Origin: a virus
Direction: 5' to 3' (one strand)
DNA length: 64,000 nucleotides
IMG/VR virus record: IMGVR_UViG_3300028840_006907
Span: 288,001-352,000 of that record
In this document: positions 8,931 through 19,718 of the stretch, piece by piece
How positions within the stretch are numbered: the stretch's first letter is position 1
Layout: every line of letters begins with the position of its first letter
The notes under the pieces: model-generated
Database searches by the model: none
The model's input: only the letters and a program-made list of their open reading frames with translations
What the model was told of the DNA's origin: nothing
Translations under genes and position numbers: made by a program

Positions 8931-10280
8931 ATGGAACAAAAATTATCGGTTATAGGATTAGGTAAATTGGGCTGTACAATGATGGTATGTTTTGCTCATA
9001 AAGGATGGGAAGTTATAGGGGTTGATGTTAATGAATTAACTATTGAAACTATTCTACGAGGTCGGAGTCCTATCGATGAACCTTTTGTAGAAGAGATGAT
9101 AAGTGATAATGCAGAAAGGATAAGAGTAACATCTGATTGTGAAAATGCTGTTTTAAATAGTGATGTAAGTTTTGTAATAGTTCCTACTCCCAGTAAGGAA
9201 GATGGGTCTTTTTCGACAGAATATGTTGAAAATGCTACAATGGAAGTTGCGAAAGCTTTGACAAAAAAGAACTCTTATCATTTAATTGTAATTACTTCTA
9301 CTGTTCTTCCTGGAGACAGTCTTCGAATTTCTTATGAGATTGCTCGGGAGTCAGGGAAAGAACTAGGAAAGGATTTCGGTGTTGTTTATAATCCTGATTT
9401 CATAGCACTCGGTAAAATTGTCAGCGATTTTTTAAACCCTGACATGATCCTTATCGGTGAGTACGATGAGAAGTCAGGAGATATCATTCAAGACATACAC
9501 CTGAAACTTATAGATAGTAATCCTACTTTTCATAGGATGAATTTCTTTAATGCTGAACTGGCGAAAATTTCTCTTAATGCCTACTGTACTTTGAAAATTA
9601 CTTTTGCGAACATAATCGCGGAGATATGTGAGAATTTACCTGGCGGTGATTCTAATAAAGTCTTAAGTGCTGTAGGAGCTGATAGTCGGGTGGGTCAAAA
9701 ATATCTCAAAGGTGGTTTGGGGTACAGCGGACCATGTTTTCCGCGTGATAATCGAGCCCTCGCCCATTCTGCAAGGTTCTTTGGCACTACAAATTATTTC
9801 TGTGAGATGACAGATGCAATAAACAACTATCATAAAACAGAAAGAATATGCAATCTTTTATTGGGGTACATGGAAGAAAAGAACACAAAAGAATTAGCTA
9901 TACTTGGTTTATCCTATAAGGAAGATACTCCTGTGATTGAAGAATCTGTATCTATTTCAGTTATAAAAACTCTTTGGGAAAAAGGAATGAATATAAAAGT
10001 TTTTGATCCGGTTGCTATGGAAAATGCAAAAAGAGAATTAGAAGGTTATGATAATATTTATTATGCCTCTTCTGAATATGATTGTATAGATGGTACTTCC
10101 GTTTGTTTTATAGCTACTCCTTGGAAACAGTTCTTTAGTTTGAATCATCAAGAAGTAATAAAAAGAATGAAAAAGAGTTCTATTATTCTTGACTCATGGG
10201 GAGTATTACCTTATGACAGAGCAACTAATAGAGGCAAAAAAGTAGAGGTAAAACAACTAGGGAAAAATTATCAATCGTAA
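8931..10280 (+). CDS. nucleotide-sugar 6-dehydrogenase (UDP-glucose/GDP-mannose dehydrogenase family)
   Basis: N-terminal Rossmann VIGLGKLGC, catalytic-Cys motif GYSGPCFPRD, RBS AAGAGG upstream. Confidence 0.85.
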   Translation: MEQKLSVIGLGKLGCTMMVCFAHKGWEVIGVDVNELTIETILRGRSPIDEPFVEEMISDNAERIRVTSDCENAVLNSDVSFVIVPTPSKEDGSFSTEYVENATMEVAKALTKKNSYHLIVITSTVLPGDSLRISYEIARESGKELGKDFGVVYNPDFIALGKIVSDFLNPDMILIGEYDEKSGDIIQDIHLKLIDSNPTFHRMNFFNAELAKISLNAYCTLKITFANIIAEICENLPGGDSNKVLSAVGADSRVGQKYLKGGLGYSGPCFPRDNRALAHSARFFGTTNYFCEMTDAINNYHKTERICNLLLGYMEEKNTKELAILGLSYKEDTPVIEESVSISVIKTLWEKGMNIKVFDPVAMENAKRELEGYDNIYYASSEYDCIDGTSVCFIATPWKQFFSLNHQEVIKRMKKSSIILDSWGVLPYDRATNRGKKVEVKQLGKNYQS

Positions 10281-10342
10281 AAATTAGATATAAGAAGTCT
10301 CATTGAGACTATTCAATAAAATAATAAATAGGAATAAAAAAG

Positions 10343-11146
10343 ATGCCGAGATTAAGCTTTATTGTCACTGGACGAAATGACAATTATGACCAAAATTTTA
10401 ATGAACGTTTAACCATCGCTTTAAGAAGAAATATAAAATCCCTTCCAGACGCTGAATTCATTTTTGTAGAATGGAATCCTTATTTAGACCGCCCATTAAC
10501 ATGTTCAAAATTAAAAAGGACTTTTGGAGATCGAGTTAAATATTATGTAGTTCATCCTAAATATCATAAATATTATTGTAACATTGATGGTTTTCTTGAA
10601 TACCCTCCAAAAAATATCGGAATACGTAAGGCTACAGGTGAATTTATTATTTGTACAAATTCAGATGTAATTTTTTGTCCAGATCTAGTTCATTGTATGA
10701 ATATGCATTTGGAAAAAAATGTCCTTTATCGTGCTACTCGAATTGATATCCGACCAGATTATCTTAATGTAAGTTTCCCCCTTCATCCAAAATTTAAGCT
10801 TGAAACAAATCAAGGTCCTATGAATGCAGCGGGTGATTTTCTTTTAATGCATCGGGATCTATGGTATAAAACTACTGGTTATTGCGAGGAATACCCGTGG
10901 CAGAGATTACATAAAGATGCTCAGATAGTTTATTTGCTTTCTAATAAAAGAGGGTATGAAGTTCGAAACATAGGATCTATGACACATTGGAGACATCCTA
11001 GCTCCTGGTCTAATGGAAAATGTCGAGCTAGAGTAGGTGATGTGAATTGGGATTTTCAAAAATGTAATTACAAAATGAATAAAAAAACATGGGGTCTCAC
11101 GTTTACAGATGAGGTCGAAAAAGACGGCATAATTTGGCTAATTTAA
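10343..11146 (+). CDS. putative GT-A fold glycosyltransferase
   Basis: SFIVTGRNDNYD and TGEFIICTNSDVIF resemble GT2/GT7-type motifs. Confidence 0.45.
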   Translation: MPRLSFIVTGRNDNYDQNFNERLTIALRRNIKSLPDAEFIFVEWNPYLDRPLTCSKLKRTFGDRVKYYVVHPKYHKYYCNIDGFLEYPPKNIGIRKATGEFIICTNSDVIFCPDLVHCMNMHLEKNVLYRATRIDIRPDYLNVSFPLHPKFKLETNQGPMNAAGDFLLMHRDLWYKTTGYCEEYPWQRLHKDAQIVYLLSNKRGYEVRNIGSMTHWRHPSSWSNGKCRARVGDVNWDFQKCNYKMNKKTWGLTFTDEVEKDGIIWLI

Positions 11147-11176
11147 ATTTACATATAGATATTGAAAGGAGATTGT

Positions 11177-12151
11177 ATGAAACGTATATTGGTTACTGGA
11201 GCAGGCGGTTTTATTGGAGGCCATTTAGTCACTCGATTGAAAGAGGAGGGCTATTGGGTTCGTGGAGTTGATATTAAAGAGCATGAATATAAGAAGACTG
11301 ATGCAGATGAATTTTATCTTAAAGATTTGAGAATAATGCAAAATTGTCTTACTTCATGCGCTGATATTGATGAATGTTATACATTAGCTGCTGACATGGG
11401 TGGTGCAGGATTTGTTTTTACTGGTGAGAATGATGCTGATATCATGCATAATTCTGCGAAGATAAATTTAAATATGGCTGAAGCTTGCCGAATACAAGGA
11501 GTAAAGAAGATATTTTATTCCTCTTCAGCGTGCATGTATCCTGCTCATAATCAAACCGATCCGGATAATCCTTTACTTTCTGAGGATTCTGCTTATCCTG
11601 CAGCTCCCGATAGTGAATACGGGTGGGAAAAACTTTTCTCAGAACATCTTTATTTAGCTTATAACAAAAATTATGGACTGGATGTTCGTGTGGCAAGATT
11701 TCATAATATTTTTGGAGTTTTGGGAACATGGCAAGGTGGAAGAGAAAAAGCTCCTGCTGCATTGAATCGTAAAGTAGCTATGGCTAAAGATGGTGATGTA
11801 ATCGAAGTGTGGGGACCTGGTACTCAAACACGTTCTTTCCTTTATATAGAGGAATGTATTGAAGCAGTACGTCGTTTCATGGAATCAGATTTTTTAGGCC
11901 CTGTAAATATAGGTTCTGAAGAAATGATTTCAATAAACGATCTTGCGAAAATGGCCATAGATATTAGTGGTAAAAAACTTACTATCAAAAATGTGGAAGG
12001 TCCTGTAGGAGTTATGGGCCGTAATTCAGATAATAATTTATATGAAGAAAAGGTTGGATGGAGACCTTCAAAACCTTTACATTATGGTATGGAAAAGACT
12101 TATGCTTGGATAAGTGATCAAATTAAACAAATTTATCCCTTTAGAAAATAG
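11177..12151 (+). CDS. NAD-dependent sugar epimerase/dehydratase (SDR family; GDP-mannose 3,5-epimerase-like)
   Basis: RBS AAGGAG then ATG 11177; VTGAGGFIGGHL Rossmann motif; SSSACMYP...AYPAAPDSEYGWEKL resembles GME-type active-site region. Confidence 0.8.
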   Translation: MKRILVTGAGGFIGGHLVTRLKEEGYWVRGVDIKEHEYKKTDADEFYLKDLRIMQNCLTSCADIDECYTLAADMGGAGFVFTGENDADIMHNSAKINLNMAEACRIQGVKKIFYSSSACMYPAHNQTDPDNPLLSEDSAYPAAPDSEYGWEKLFSEHLYLAYNKNYGLDVRVARFHNIFGVLGTWQGGREKAPAALNRKVAMAKDGDVIEVWGPGTQTRSFLYIEECIEAVRRFMESDFLGPVNIGSEEMISINDLAKMAIDISGKKLTIKNVEGPVGVMGRNSDNNLYEEKVGWRPSKPLHYGMEKTYAWISDQIKQIYPFRK

Positions 12152-12154
12152 CTT

Positions 12155-12856
12155 ATGGAATTAATAACAAAAGCAGTTATAATGGCTGGTGGAGAGGGTA
12201 CTCGGTTAAGACCTTATACAGAAATGACTCCTAAAGCAATGTTAGAGGTTAACGGTATTCCTCTCTTACGTTTAATGATAGAGAGACTTCATAGTTTTGG
12301 TATAACTCATTTCTATTTAAGTGTAAATTATCTCTCGAAAGTAATCTGTGATTATTTCGGTGATGGATCTAAATTTGGGATTAATATCACTTATATAAAA
12401 GAACCTTATTCGATGGGGACCGCAGGTTCAATTAGTATGGTTGATATTGAAGAACCTTTTTTGGTTATAAATGGAGATGTTTATACCAGTCTTGATTTTA
12501 GAGATCTCTTTGTAGAATTTAGAAGATCTAAATCAGATCTATTAATATGTTGTAGGGAGCAATTATTAAAAACAGATTATGGTGTTATTGTAAAAGAAGA
12601 TGACAGGATAACTTCCTGGGTTGAAAAACCTGAGTTTACTCATTACATAAGTTGTGGTATCTATGTATTCAAACCAGAGATTGTAAAATATATACCTAAA
12701 GAACATTTTTTTAATATGAATCATTTAGCTGAAGCGGTTATTGAAAAGAATAAAAAAGCTGGATTTTATTTAATGGATGATCTAGATATCTGGATTGATA
12801 TAGGAACTATTGAAGAATATAATAAGGTCAAGGAATTGTTAACAGTAAAAAAATAA
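12155..12856 (+). CDS. sugar-phosphate nucleotidyltransferase
   Basis: N-terminal AVIMAGGEGTRLRPYT signature of NDP-sugar pyrophosphorylases. Confidence 0.8.
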   Translation: MELITKAVIMAGGEGTRLRPYTEMTPKAMLEVNGIPLLRLMIERLHSFGITHFYLSVNYLSKVICDYFGDGSKFGINITYIKEPYSMGTAGSISMVDIEEPFLVINGDVYTSLDFRDLFVEFRRSKSDLLICCREQLLKTDYGVIVKEDDRITSWVEKPEFTHYISCGIYVFKPEIVKYIPKEHFFNMNHLAEAVIEKNKKAGFYLMDDLDIWIDIGTIEEYNKVKELLTVKK

Positions 12857-12865
12857 GAGGATAAA

Positions 12866-13759
12866 GTGAGAGTTGTATTTATTGGTTGCGTCAATTTCAG
12901 TAAAGCAATGTTGGAATATGCTTTAGAAATAGAGTGCCTTGAAATAGTGGGTATCGTGACAAAATCAGAATCCAATTTTAATACAGATTTCTGTTCTTTG
13001 GCCCCTTTAGCCCAGGAACATAATATTTCTTATCTTTTATACGATCAATTAAAATCGGAAAGTGGACTCAATAGTTGGGTTGAATTAAAATTTCCTGATG
13101 TGATCTTTTGTTTTGGTTGGTCCCATTTATTAAAAGCTGAACTTATAGAAATTCCTAAAATAGGAGTCATAGGACATCATCCTACAATGCTTCCTAAGAA
13201 TAGAGGGCGACATCCAGTAATATGGGCGTTAGCTTTAGGATTGGAGTATACTGCTTCAACTTTTTTCTTTATAGATCCTGGGGTGGATTCTGGGGATATT
13301 CTAGATCAAATCCCTGTAAATATAAATTTTGATGATGATGCTAGTATTCTCTATCAGAAGATCACAGTGACTGCAGGAAAGCAATTAAAAACATTTTCTC
13401 CTCTTTTGGAGAAAGGAGAATATATAGTTGTTAAACAAGATATGAGTAAAGCTACATGGTGGAGAAAAAGGTCAAAAGCTGATGGATATATTGATTGGCG
13501 TATGAGTTGTTTTTCCATTCATAATTTAGTCCGGGCTTTGACTTGTCCTTATGTAGGGGCTCATTGTGAATTTAACAATAGGGATATAAAGATCTGGAAA
13601 GTTAGAATAATGTATAAAGGATTAGATGATATTGAACCAGGTAAAATAATCGATTTAAATAGAAATAAAAATGAAATCTATATAAAGTGCGGGGATGGAG
13701 TTATGTGTATCTATGATCATGAATTTGATCCTCTGCCTGAGATCGGAACTTATTTATGA
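12866..13759 (+). CDS. formyltransferase family protein (probable sugar N-formyltransferase)
   Basis: GTG start with AAGAGGA RBS; HHPTMLPKNRGRHPVIWAL matches the formyl-transferase catalytic loop. Confidence 0.7.
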   Translation: MRVVFIGCVNFSKAMLEYALEIECLEIVGIVTKSESNFNTDFCSLAPLAQEHNISYLLYDQLKSESGLNSWVELKFPDVIFCFGWSHLLKAELIEIPKIGVIGHHPTMLPKNRGRHPVIWALALGLEYTASTFFFIDPGVDSGDILDQIPVNINFDDDASILYQKITVTAGKQLKTFSPLLEKGEYIVVKQDMSKATWWRKRSKADGYIDWRMSCFSIHNLVRALTCPYVGAHCEFNNRDIKIWKVRIMYKGLDDIEPGKIIDLNRNKNEIYIKCGDGVMCIYDHEFDPLPEIGTYL

Positions 13760-14415
13760 AAATTATTGCCATTGCACCTCATCCTGATGATGAGACTCTG
13801 GGATGTGGTGGTACACTCTTGAAGCATCGGGATGCCTCAGATGATATTTATTTGGTTCTTGTTACTACAGCAGGTTCTGAATACAGTGAAGAGCATATCA
13901 ATAATAAATACAAAGAAATAGATAATGCCAACGAGATTTTTGAATTTAAGACTATCTTCGATTTGGGTTTCCCTGTTACTCATATTGGTTCTATAGATAT
14001 ATCAGAAATAATTGGTAAACTAATGGACACATTTAAATTAGTGGGTCCCGATATTATTTATGTTCCTTTCCCGTATGATATTCATACTGATCATCAAGTT
14101 GTTTTTGATGCGGTTTCTTCGTGTACAAAATGGTTCAGAATACCTACTTTGAAAAGAATACTAGCCTATGAAACTATATCTGAAACAGATTTTATTATTA
14201 GACCCGGTCCTTCTTTTATCCCTAATGTTTTTGTCAATATTGAAGATCACATTGATAAAAAGATAGAGGCTATGAAATGCTATGCTAGTGAAATTGCTAT
14301 GCCTCCTTTTCCTCGTAGTGAGGAGAATATCAGAGCCCTGGCAACATTAAGAGGTTCAACATCTGGTTTCAAAGCTGCGGAAGCTTTCATGTTGTTAAAG
14401 GAGATAGATGAATGA
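13756..14415 (+). CDS. PIG-L/LmbE family N-acetyl-sugar deacetylase
   Basis: IAIAPHPDDETLGCGGTL signature; start overlaps upstream stop. Confidence 0.75.
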   Translation: MKIIAIAPHPDDETLGCGGTLLKHRDASDDIYLVLVTTAGSEYSEEHINNKYKEIDNANEIFEFKTIFDLGFPVTHIGSIDISEIIGKLMDTFKLVGPDIIYVPFPYDIHTDHQVVFDAVSSCTKWFRIPTLKRILAYETISETDFIIRPGPSFIPNVFVNIEDHIDKKIEAMKCYASEIAMPPFPRSEENIRALATLRGSTSGFKAAEAFMLLKEIDE

Positions 14416-15380
14416 GTAAAAAAGTTTTAGTTACTGGTGCAGGAGGATTTATAGGATCTCATTTAGTAAAACGGCTCATGGAATATGGGTATGATGTTAC
14501 AGCACTGGTAAAATATAATGCAAATGGTTCTTGGGGCTGGTTAGACACATTTCATCGTTCTGTAATCAAAGATATTAGAGTAGAGTTGGGTGATGTTCGG
14601 GATCCGGAACAAATGATGAGATATAAAAACATGGATATTATTTTCCATTTAGCTGCTTTGATAGGTATCCCTTATTCCTATGTAGCTCCTCGTTCATATG
14701 TCGATACCAATATAAACGGTACTTTAAACATGCTTCAGGTTTGTCGGGAAAATGGAGCTACTTATATTCATACATCAACTTCTGAGGTATATGGTACAGC
14801 CCTTTATGAACCTATTGATGAAAAACATCCTATCCAAACACAGAGTCCATATTCAGCTACAAAAAGTGCTGGAGATAGTTTAGCAAAGAGTTATTATCTT
14901 TCCTTCGATTTGCCCGTTATTATAGTAAGACCATTCAATACTTTTGGAACACGTCAATCTTTAAGAGCTGTTATTCCCACTATTATCAGTCAGGCATGTA
15001 AAGATGATGTTATAAAACTTGGAGATCCAAGTACCATGAGAGATTTCATTTTTGTGGATGATACTGTAGAAGGCTTTATAAAGGCCGCTGAGAGGGGAAA
15101 ATCTGGAGAGACTTATAATATAGGTTATGGCAAAAAAAGGTCAATAAGAAGTATTGTGGATGACGTAGGCAATATATTAGGTAAAGTTTTAAAAATTGAA
15201 TCGGAACCAGAGAGAATGCGACCTCCGAAGAGTGAGGTAAGAGTTCTTGTTTGTAATAATGAAAAAGCAAAAAAAGAATTGGGATGGGATATTAAATGGC
15301 CTTTTAAAAAAGGGTTGGAATATTTGATCTACGATTGGCAACGAGAAAACAAAGAAAGTAAAGATTTTTATCATGTCTAG
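14412..15380 (+). CDS. NAD-dependent nucleotide-sugar 4,6-dehydratase/epimerase (SDR)
   Basis: VTGAGGFIGSHL Rossmann motif; catalytic YSATK (YxxxK). Confidence 0.8.
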   Translation: MSKKVLVTGAGGFIGSHLVKRLMEYGYDVTALVKYNANGSWGWLDTFHRSVIKDIRVELGDVRDPEQMMRYKNMDIIFHLAALIGIPYSYVAPRSYVDTNINGTLNMLQVCRENGATYIHTSTSEVYGTALYEPIDEKHPIQTQSPYSATKSAGDSLAKSYYLSFDLPVIIVRPFNTFGTRQSLRAVIPTIISQACKDDVIKLGDPSTMRDFIFVDDTVEGFIKAAERGKSGETYNIGYGKKRSIRSIVDDVGNILGKVLKIESEPERMRPPKSEVRVLVCNNEKAKKELGWDIKWPFKKGLEYLIYDWQRENKESKDFYHV

Positions 15381-16449
15381 TATATTTTTACACATACCTC
15401 ATATAGGGGAAGAGGAAAAGGCAGAAGTAAATAAGGCTCTTAATACTGGAGAATTGACCTGTGGAAATTATTTAAATCAATTTGAAAAAGAATTAAGTGA
15501 AAGGATAAATTCTCCTGTTGTTTTATGCTCTTCTGGAACAGCAGCTTTGCAATTAGGTCTACATGCTATGGGTATAGGTCCAGGAGATGAAGTAATTGTT
15601 CCTAATATGTCTTTTGTTTCGACTATAAATTCTGTTTTATATATGGGTGCTACCCCAGTTTTGTGCGATGTAGGTGATCCTGAATACGAGCTTTCCATTG
15701 ATCCTGAAGAAATAATCGATCTCATAACTCCTCGAACTAAAGCTATAATGGTATCTCATCTTTGTGGGGGATACGGTGACATTGAAAAGATATTAGATAT
15801 AGCTAGTGCGTATAAAGTTGATGTCATTGAAGATGCTGCTCAGGCAGTAGGTTGTACTATGAATGGCAAAGCTTTGGGAACATTTGGAAAGTTTGGTGTC
15901 TATTCATTTAATGGGAATAAAATTATCACCACAGGTGGTGGAGGCACTCTTTTAACTTCAGATCGTGGAATGAGTCAGAGAGTACGAAATCTTCTTAATC
16001 AAGCGAAAGACATTTTAAATCCTTTTTCTCATATAGAGATGGGGTATAATTATAGAATCAGTAATATCCATGCTGCGATAGGTTGTGCTCAATTAAAAAA
16101 ATTAGACTCTTTTATTGATAAGAAAAAATTTATTCATGAGACCTATAAAAAGAAGTTAGACATAATAACTTATAAGGAAAAATCCAATTATTGGTTGAAT
16201 GTTTATAAAGTAAAAAAATTTAATCCTTATGAAGCTGTTTGGAATCTGGATTACAAAAGCATAGAGACTCGTCCTATTTATACCCCTTTTCATATGATGG
16301 ATTTTCTTAAAAAATATGGTGAGGATGAATACCCGGTTTCAGAGAAATTATATAACAGTCTTTTTTGTTTGCCATCTTATTTATCTCTTGATGAAGAGAT
16401 AATCGATAAAGTAGTGGATGAAATAAATAATTTGGAGAATAGTGAATGA
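15373..16449 (+). CDS. DegT/DnrJ/EryC1-family PLP-dependent sugar aminotransferase
   Basis: Family-typical layout, FNGNKIITTGGGG motif around the PLP lysine. Confidence 0.85.
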   Translation: MSSIFLHIPHIGEEEKAEVNKALNTGELTCGNYLNQFEKELSERINSPVVLCSSGTAALQLGLHAMGIGPGDEVIVPNMSFVSTINSVLYMGATPVLCDVGDPEYELSIDPEEIIDLITPRTKAIMVSHLCGGYGDIEKILDIASAYKVDVIEDAAQAVGCTMNGKALGTFGKFGVYSFNGNKIITTGGGGTLLTSDRGMSQRVRNLLNQAKDILNPFSHIEMGYNYRISNIHAAIGCAQLKKLDSFIDKKKFIHETYKKKLDIITYKEKSNYWLNVYKVKKFNPYEAVWNLDYKSIETRPIYTPFHMMDFLKKYGEDEYPVSEKLYNSLFCLPSYLSLDEEIIDKVVDEINNLENSE

Positions 16450-17141
16450 AAAAACATATCCTTTTGATGTTTAATATGGGAAATAGTGGTGGGAAGTATT
16501 TCGAAGATATTTGTAATACTCACGAAGATGTTCAGATATGGCAAGAAGCAAATCACCTTTTAAAAGTAGATCATCTTGAGACACCAGTTCAGTTCGACAG
16601 GGTATATGCTTTTTTCATGAAACAGTATGAAGAAAATAAGAAAAAAACCATCGGATTAATAAAAGCTTTTGATCATCGGTTAATAGGATTGGCTGAAAGA
16701 ACTGGTGGGTCTATCATGCAGATGTTCAGACATCCTGTAGGTGTGGTGGGTTTTAAGACAGGCCATAAAATGGCTGAGTGTGAACAGAGAGGTTTGTTTG
16801 ACAAACTAGACACACCTGAAAAGATTTTTGAAGCTCATGTGGATTTTTATGCCTCAATATATAATTCCTATACGAAGAATGCTCATAAGTGGCCTGTTGT
16901 TAAATTAGAGGATTTAAAAAAGTCTTTACGGGAAAGAACTCCGTATTTTGAAGATGTAATGAAAAAAGCGCTGAAAGTTGACTGGCAACCGAAACATACA
17001 AAAAAAGTTATTAATATGGGAGGGCTTGAAGAGAATAGAGATCATTTTGATATTTGGAAATCATGGGAAGATTGGAAGAAAGATATTTTTCTGAAGTATT
17101 TCCAGGAAATAATGAAATTGTATATGTATGAATGGGAATGA
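16446..17141 (+). CDS. sulfotransferase-like protein (paralogue of 20367-21158)
   Basis: MGNSGGKYF (5'-PSB-like) and FRHPVGVV (3'-PB-like RNP motif); clear paralogy with 20367 ORF at N- and C-termini. Confidence 0.4.
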   Translation: MKKHILLMFNMGNSGGKYFEDICNTHEDVQIWQEANHLLKVDHLETPVQFDRVYAFFMKQYEENKKKTIGLIKAFDHRLIGLAERTGGSIMQMFRHPVGVVGFKTGHKMAECEQRGLFDKLDTPEKIFEAHVDFYASIYNSYTKNAHKWPVVKLEDLKKSLRERTPYFEDVMKKALKVDWQPKHTKKVINMGGLEENRDHFDIWKSWEDWKKDIFLKYFQEIMKLYMYEWE

Positions 17142-17155
17142 TAGGAGGACGAAGT

Positions 17156-18151
17156 ATGAAAAATTTGGAAATCATAGCTGAGTTCGGAACTAATCATGTC
17201 GATCCTAATGGTAAAGTTCTTGAAAATATTGAGGATTTGATACATACACTAGCAGACAAAGGAGCGACTGCAGTTAAATTTCAGCTTTTTAAAGCTGATA
17301 ATTTAGTAGAAAAGAATACTGAAGTACATGGCCTTATAAAAAATTTGGAAATTGCTCTTGAAGAGCATGTCAGATTAAAAAAGATCTGCGAAGAAATAGG
17401 TTTGCGGTATCTTTGCACTCCTTTTTGCGTTGAGTCTTTGGATGCTCTTCTTAGTATAGGAGTAAAGGAAATAAAAATAGCCAGTTGTGATTGTGGTAAT
17501 TTACAATTGATGTCAGATATTGTACAACGTCATAACAAAATTCATCGAGTTATAATGGCTACAGGTATGTCAACATTGAATGAAATTGGTGTTTCCATTG
17601 ACATCCTTATTGATGGAGGATTTAATATTGATCTTTTACATTGTACAAGTGTTTACCCTACACCGATATACCGAGCTTCTCTAGACATGATAAGAGTCTT
17701 AAAAAAGAAGTGGGGTTTATTTAATATAGGATATTCGGATCATACATTGGGGACTGAAGTGGTGGGTATAGCCCGAGCTATGGGTTGTACCATTTTTGAA
17801 AAGCATGTAACTCCTGATAGAACAATGCCCGGTTTTGATCATGCTTATTCTTTTCCTATTGATGAATTTGATAAATATGTCGATGCTATCAAGAATGTCG
17901 ATCAGATAATAGGAGAAGAAAGAAAATACGTAGATAAAAAAGAAGCAGTATCTCGTGATGCCATGAAAAGAGGCATATGGTTTAAAAAAGAAGTGTTTAA
18001 AGGGCAGAAAATAACCAGAGATGATATCATTGTACGAAGACCGTTGAAAGGGGCCGTTAACCAGACTTACTATTTTTCTGTTCTTGGTAAAAAAGTAAAG
18101 AAGAATTTTAATGAGGATGATCCCGTTTTAACGGAGAATTTATATGAGTAA
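17156..18151 (+). CDS. N-acetylneuraminate/pseudaminate/legionaminate synthase family (NeuB-like)
   Basis: RBS AGGAGG then ATG 17156; IIAEFGTNHVD signature; nonulosonic-acid synthase length. Confidence 0.85.
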   Translation: MKNLEIIAEFGTNHVDPNGKVLENIEDLIHTLADKGATAVKFQLFKADNLVEKNTEVHGLIKNLEIALEEHVRLKKICEEIGLRYLCTPFCVESLDALLSIGVKEIKIASCDCGNLQLMSDIVQRHNKIHRVIMATGMSTLNEIGVSIDILIDGGFNIDLLHCTSVYPTPIYRASLDMIRVLKKKWGLFNIGYSDHTLGTEVVGIARAMGCTIFEKHVTPDRTMPGFDHAYSFPIDEFDKYVDAIKNVDQIIGEERKYVDKKEAVSRDAMKRGIWFKKEVFKGQKITRDDIIVRRPLKGAVNQTYYFSVLGKKVKKNFNEDDPVLTENLYE

Positions 18152-19052
18152 AATAGGAATTCGATGTGATTGTGGACCGGTAATGGGCATGGGTCATATA
18201 TCTAGGCAGAAACTTATTTATGAAGAACTCATGAAATTGGACCACGAAGTTTCTTTTTTTGTAAAAAGAGAACGGAACATAGTTAAATCAATGGGACTTC
18301 CACTTTCAAATAAGATTTTAATGGATACAATGGATACTTTGATAATTGATTTAGTGGAAGGTTTTGAGGATTATGATTTTCCTCGAACTAAAATAGTTTT
18401 TTATGATGGTCCGGAAATGATACATTGTGATGCTGATATCATTTTTGCTTTAAATTATAAACAACAGAAATCCTGGTATAGAGGAACGGGTTATTATGTT
18501 GGGCTAGATTATATCCCGATGGATCCCAGCATTTCTAAAATAGAGAAAGAATTTGGTAATTTAGAAAAAATATTAATTATGACAAGTGGAATCGATCCTT
18601 GGGATATGCCAGGACAAATAGTTAGAGTTATTAAGGATCTGGGTTATGACATCACAGTTAAATTATCTAATGCTTATCCAAAAGATTGGATCAGTAAACT
18701 TGAGAAACATGCTGAGATAATTTTAAATGTGGATAGTGTTGCTTCATTATATGAAGAATATGATTTAATGATATGTACTGCAGGAAATGTGTTGTTCGAG
18801 GCTGCTGTAGCTGGTTTACCCTGTATAAGTTTTTCGACGGGTAAAGTTCAGGAGGGCCATGGGGCGTTTATGAGTGACAAAGGTTTTTCAGTTCATCTTG
18901 GAGGCTTTTGGAATAATACTGCTGAAGTTGGTTATTTGTCTGATGCTATAAAATTTTTAGCTGATAGATCGGATAGAGAACAAAGATCTGAGATAGGTCG
19001 TTCTATTTGTGATGGTAAAGGATTAGAAAGGATAATAAATATTATAGGGTAA
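18144..19052 (+). CDS. putative PseG-like UDP-sugar hydrolase (GT-B-like)
   Basis: N-terminal IGIRCDCGPVMGMGHISR resembles PseG/SpsG motif; position between synthase and cytidylyltransferase. Confidence 0.4.
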   Translation: MSKIGIRCDCGPVMGMGHISRQKLIYEELMKLDHEVSFFVKRERNIVKSMGLPLSNKILMDTMDTLIIDLVEGFEDYDFPRTKIVFYDGPEMIHCDADIIFALNYKQQKSWYRGTGYYVGLDYIPMDPSISKIEKEFGNLEKILIMTSGIDPWDMPGQIVRVIKDLGYDITVKLSNAYPKDWISKLEKHAEIILNVDSVASLYEEYDLMICTAGNVLFEAAVAGLPCISFSTGKVQEGHGAFMSDKGFSVHLGGFWNNTAEVGYLSDAIKFLADRSDREQRSEIGRSICDGKGLERIINIIG

Positions 19053-19055
19053 AAT

Positions 19056-19718
19056 ATGAAAACTATCGCATTTACATTGCCAGTAAGAAAGAACAGTCAA
19101 AGAGTAAAAAATAAAATGTTAAGACCTTTTGCAGGGAGAAGTTTATTTGAGATCTATTTGGATAAAATCGAATGTTTCAAACATTTGGTTTATGTTGTTG
19201 CCTATGAAGAAGAATTTATTAACATAGCTAAAAAAAGGGGATTTAAATATCTTCATAGAAGTGAAGAGTCTGCTAATGGGGAAACTTCTCCAGTTATCCA
19301 TAGTTATTTAAATGAGATGAAAGAAGATTTCATTTTTATGGCAACTGCGTGTTGTCCTTTGATGAAGACAGAGACTTTGAAAAATATCATGGTAGAGCTA
19401 TGTTCAAAACTCCATGATCCTAATTATCACGGTTTAATAACTGTAAAAAGATGTGGTAATGCTATTTGGAATTCAGAGAAGAAAGTAATGAATGATGATG
19501 TTCGAACTTTCAATACTAAGTTAAGAAAACCTTTTTACATCGAGACTAGTTCCGTTTTTGTTTTTAGACGTGAAAGATTTCTTAAACTAGGTGCATATTG
19601 GGATTTTGGTGATAAAGATCCCGATCTTTATGAAATTAATTCAATTGAAGCTACTGATATTGATACAATGGATGATTTCGAAGTAGCTGAAATACTTTAC
19701 AAAAGAAGGTTGTCATGA
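19056..19718 (+). CDS. acylneuraminate cytidylyltransferase family (CMP-nonulosonic acid synthetase)
   Basis: N-terminal FTLPVRKNSQRVKNK matches the CMP-NeuAc synthetase family motif. Confidence 0.7.
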   Translation: MKTIAFTLPVRKNSQRVKNKMLRPFAGRSLFEIYLDKIECFKHLVYVVAYEEEFINIAKKRGFKYLHRSEESANGETSPVIHSYLNEMKEDFIFMATACCPLMKTETLKNIMVELCSKLHDPNYHGLITVKRCGNAIWNSEKKVMNDDVRTFNTKLRKPFYIETSSVFVFRRERFLKLGAYWDFGDKDPDLYEINSIEATDIDTMDDFEVAEILYKRRLS